DNA of 64,000 nucleotides from Eledone cirrhosa (lineage: Eukaryota), in assembly GCA_964016885.1 (NCBI GenBank), contig OZ024757.1, forward strand, positions 16,058,001 through 16,122,000. Direction: 5' to 3'. Positions 60,329 to 64,000 of this stretch are shown here, one piece after another. The notes beneath the pieces are model-generated. The model worked only from the letters and a program-made list of their open reading frames with translations. It had not been told where the DNA came from and ran no database searches. Numbering within the stretch: the stretch's first letter is position 1; the number at the start of each line of letters is the position of its first letter. Both the position numbers and the translations under genes were made by a program.

Positions 60329-61339
60329 GCATATGTTGATGCCCTAAGGACAGACACTTGGTATGTTGGAGACGCAGTACATGGCAGCGATAATTAGGGA
60401 CAGAGACCGCTGGAGAGAACTCGTCCATGGATCTCGGGAATTTTATCCGCCCTAGATATATATATATATACTCTCGACTCTCAAATAATCGGAGAGGGGA
60501 TAGGCGGGGGGGGGGAGATGGTGTAATAAGTAGAAGGGTTTGGATTAAGTGGGGTTGGAGTGTAATAAGGAGGGGGTTTGGAATAAGCGGGGAGTTGGAA
60601 TAAGTGAGGGGATGTTGGAATAAGCGAGGCGGTGGGAATAAATGGAGATGGGTGGAATAAGCGGAGAGGGGTGGCATAAGCGGGAGGCGGTGGACAATAG
60701 GTAATTTTTCTAGATTGTCTCCGTTGATTCTTTTTTTAAAACCAGAATTAGTCGTTTAGTTTACATATTGAAACCCCCAGCCATCATATTTATTTTATAA
60801 CATATGGAATTTTTAAGTAATGTACTTTTTTGTCATGTATGTTTTGTAATGTCTTGTCCGCGAGGCGCAGCCCTGATACTTCCGTGCCCTGGGCCCAGGG
60901 GCCACACCCCTCCTCCTAGCCCCTCTCCTTCCCCTCTATAGCCCCTCTGGAGTAGCTTACTGTTGAAAATAACGTGAAAGTGGCTGAGCATTCCACAGAC
61001 ATGTGTGTTCCTTAAAATAGTTATCAGGGAGATTCAGCATGACACAGTGTGGCTCTTTGAATTATAGCTGACTGTGTAGTCGCATGGCCTAGTGGTAAGG
61101 GTGTTGGTCTTACAATCATAACGTCGTGGGTTCGATTCCTATTGTGGGTTGTGTTCTTAAACAAAACACCTCATTTCACATTGGTCCAGTATACTCAGTT
61201 GAAAATGTGTACCAGTTATAGCTGCGGGTCTAACCCTACGACGGACTGGTGTCCTGTCCAGGGGGGAAGTTTTGTACTCTCAGTCGCTTCACGCCACGAA
61301 ACCGGGATAATTATAGGTCTGATGAGCCTCCGGGCTCCC

Positions 61340-61710
61340 CACACCACACAACACAATACCTCCCAACACCACCCCACACAACTCCATACCATTCCACACA
61401 ACACAGCACCTCCCAACACAACACCACACAACACCATACCATACCACACAACTCCATCCAACACCACACCACACAACTCCACATCATTCTACACAACGCA
61501 ACACCTCCCAACACAACACAACTCCATACCATTCCACACAACAACATCCCACCCCATCCCATTCCACACAACACCATCCCACCCCATTCCACACAAGTCA
61601 ACACCACCCTCCCCACACCACACCACCCCACCCCACCTCATTCCACATACCACCAACACCGCTCCATACCATACCACACTATTACATACTCACGACACCT
61701 CCCCACCCAC
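61340..61710. repeat. Degenerate pentamer repeat (CACAA/CCATA/CACCC)
   Basis: Directly visible. Confidence 0.85.
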
Positions 61711-61837
61711 ACCGCCGATAACCATCACAAAACAAACGGCAATTCTATGTTGCTGGTGTGATTCCGTGTGTTATTATTCTCATTAACTGAATCTTTAATT
61801 AAAATTCTATTTTATTATTAATTAAAATTAATTAAAA

Positions 61838-62990
61838 GGGCGGTGGATTGGCAGTATCGGTAGAGGGTCGGACGCCATGCTTTCCAGCATTGTTACGTCC
61901 CTTTACGATCCGAGTTCAAATCCCGCCGAGGTTGACTTTGCCTTTCATCCTTACGGGGTCGATAAAATAAAGTACCAGTAATGCACTGGGTAATTGCTGG
62001 CCTTGTGCCTAAAGTAGAAACAATTATTAATTAAAATGTGAGGTGGATTGGCAGTGTCGGTCGGTAGAGCGTCGGGCAACATGTTTTGTGGCATCTAGTT
62101 ACGTTACTTTGCGTTCTGGGGTCAAATCTTGCCGTGTTCAATAAAATAAAGTACCAGTAACGTAATGGGGTCGTAATAATCGATTTTATCCACCCCGCCA
62201 AAAAATTGTTGGCCCTGGCCTAAATCAGAAACTATTATTATTAGGCCCTTGCCATTCTGAGTTCAAATCCCGCCGAGGTTAACTTTGCCTTTCATCCTTA
62301 CGGGGTCGATAAAATAAAGTACCAGTAATACACTGGGTATTTGCTGACCTTGTGACTAACGTAGAAACAATTATTTTTATTGTTATTGGACGGTGGGTTG
62401 GCAGTATCGGTAGAGGGTCGGACGCCATGCTTTGACGCATAGAGTTACGGCCCTTGCCATTCTGAGTTCAAATCCCGCCGAGGCTAACTTTGCCTTTCAT
62501 CCTTACGGAGTCGATAAAATAAAGTACCAGTAATGCACTGGGGTAATTGCTGGCCTTGTGCCAAAAGTATAAATAATAATTATTATTATTATCAAGGGCG
62601 GTGGATTGGCAGTATCGGTAGAGGGTCGGACGCCATGCTTTCTAGCATGGTTACGTCCCTTTACGGTCTGAGTTCAAATCCCGTCGAGGTTAACTTTGCC
62701 TTTCATCCTTACGTGGTCAATAAAATAAAGTACCAGTAATACACTGGAGTCGATTTTATTGACTTTCTCCTCCCCGCAAAATTGATGGCCTCGTGCCTAA
62801 ATCAGAAACCAAGGACCGTGGACTGTCAGTATCGGTAGAGTGTCGAAAAATGTTTTGTGACATATAGTACGTCCCTTTACGTTCTCGGTTCAAATTGCAC
62901 CGAGGTTTAGCTTTGCCTTCCATCCTTAGAGAGGCGATAAAATAAAGTACCAGTAATGCACTGGGGTCGATTTAATTGACTTTCCCTACC
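61838..62990 (+). mobile_element. Head-to-tail cluster of six tRNA-derived SINEs
   Basis: Units start at ~61838, 62040, 62244 (5' truncated), 62388, 62596 and 62814. Each has some of TGGCAGTATCGG (A box), GAGTTCAAATCC (B box) and CTTTGCCTTTCATCCTTACGGGGTCGATAAAATAAAGTACCAG, with (TTA)n tails. Confidence 0.9.
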
Positions 62991-63300
62991 TTCAATCTTT
63001 GAAGTCATTGAAGCACTTGATGCATCGTGTTAATTCTTGGATCATTCAGGACCCCGATGGCGGAGCTCCGGCTGTTTCGACAGCTAGATCCGAATTCAGT
63101 TCGGATCTAGCTGTCGAACCGGCTGGAGCTCAGCCATCGGGGTCCTGAATCTTTTCATATTACCCACTCTACTACCCCAAGTATCGAGTACTTTGGTGGG
63201 TTATGGTCCACCTGGTATTTTACGACACCCTTTCTGATTATATATATATATATACACACGATATTAAACAAATGGAAACTATATTTATAAAACCATATCT

Positions 63301-63364
63301 ATTTCATTATACATATTTGAGGGATACCATATTAAAAATATGGCATGCCTTCTTCAGATAAAAT
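63301..63364 (-). ncRNA. Mutated hammerhead (family K)
   Basis: Minus: AUUUUAU-CUGAAGA-AGGcAUGCCAUAUU/AAUAUGGUAUcCCU-CAAA (G12 lost)-UAUGUAUA^AUGAAAU; tail matches 49434-49468. Confidence 0.7.
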
Positions 63365-63618
63365 ACAATATATAAGCAGTTTTATAAATAAATTTATAAA
63401 TATATTATATATATATATATTGACAGGATATTGTTATCCTTTCAATATATTACACTCTGTATAGCTCTACACCTCGACACAGAAGTGAACCTAAACTTCG
63501 AGTGCTTACCCGGGTGAACCTGCAGTAACTCCAAGTTACACTCCCTATATATATATACATACATACATACATACATGACAATTTATATACACTCCCTATA
63601 TATATATACATACATACA

Positions 63619-63652
<34 letters not shown>

Positions 63653-64000
63653 CATACATACATACATACATACATGACAATTTCTTTTCTTTTACAACCT
63701 TGCCACCAGGAAGGTGGCCGGTCAAAAAAATATACTCGAAATTAAGAGAAAGAGAAAACATACATACATACATGGTGGCTGCCAACTCGTTTTCGAGTAC
63801 GGCCACTACTTTATATCCATGTAGGAGAACTCCTACCAATGCGCTGAATGAGTGACATTTTAGTCCAGCCAGCGACTTGAAAACTCTGGTACAAACACTA
63901 CACTTGTGACAATTATTGACACATAGTGCTGGGCCCATGGTACCATGTGACGACAAGTGCAGAGAGATCTCCAGATATAAAGCAATGCCTGTGCCGTGAA

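Noticed and set aside
61296-61340. GAAACCGG...CTGATGAGCC as a hammerhead
   Set aside because: Stems I and III cannot form; it is the ordinary SINE tail also seen at 13275-13320.

Overview
This is AT-rich, repeat-saturated eukaryotic DNA. The SINE/LINE types and kilobase (TA)n/(TATAC)n tracts point to an octopod cephalopod genome (inference). It has one 200-N assembly gap at 15278-15477. No confident host protein-coding gene is present, and almost all listed ORFs are microsatellite artefacts. Recognisable coding remnants are all transposon-derived: a rearranged Penelope-like element (RT plus GIY-YIG, 5560-7660) and 3' fragments of CR1-type, RTE, R4/Dong-type and Tx1/L1-type LINEs. There are also many tRNA-derived SINEs, hAT/mariner/pogo MITEs, a Helentron-like element and four minisatellites (34, 55, 23 and 48 bp periods). 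The main hidden signal is about 20 type I hammerhead ribozyme (HHR) motifs from roughly 10 unrelated sequence families, about one per 3 kb. Nearly all sit in short non-coding modules embedded in (TA)n, and many form inverted fold-back structures. One recurrent family (7 copies) keeps only the 3' half of a hammerhead, mirrored into a palindrome centred on stem II. A few weak + strand exon candidates and one promoter-like CpG patch are flagged as speculative. All structures were folded by eye; no database search was run.
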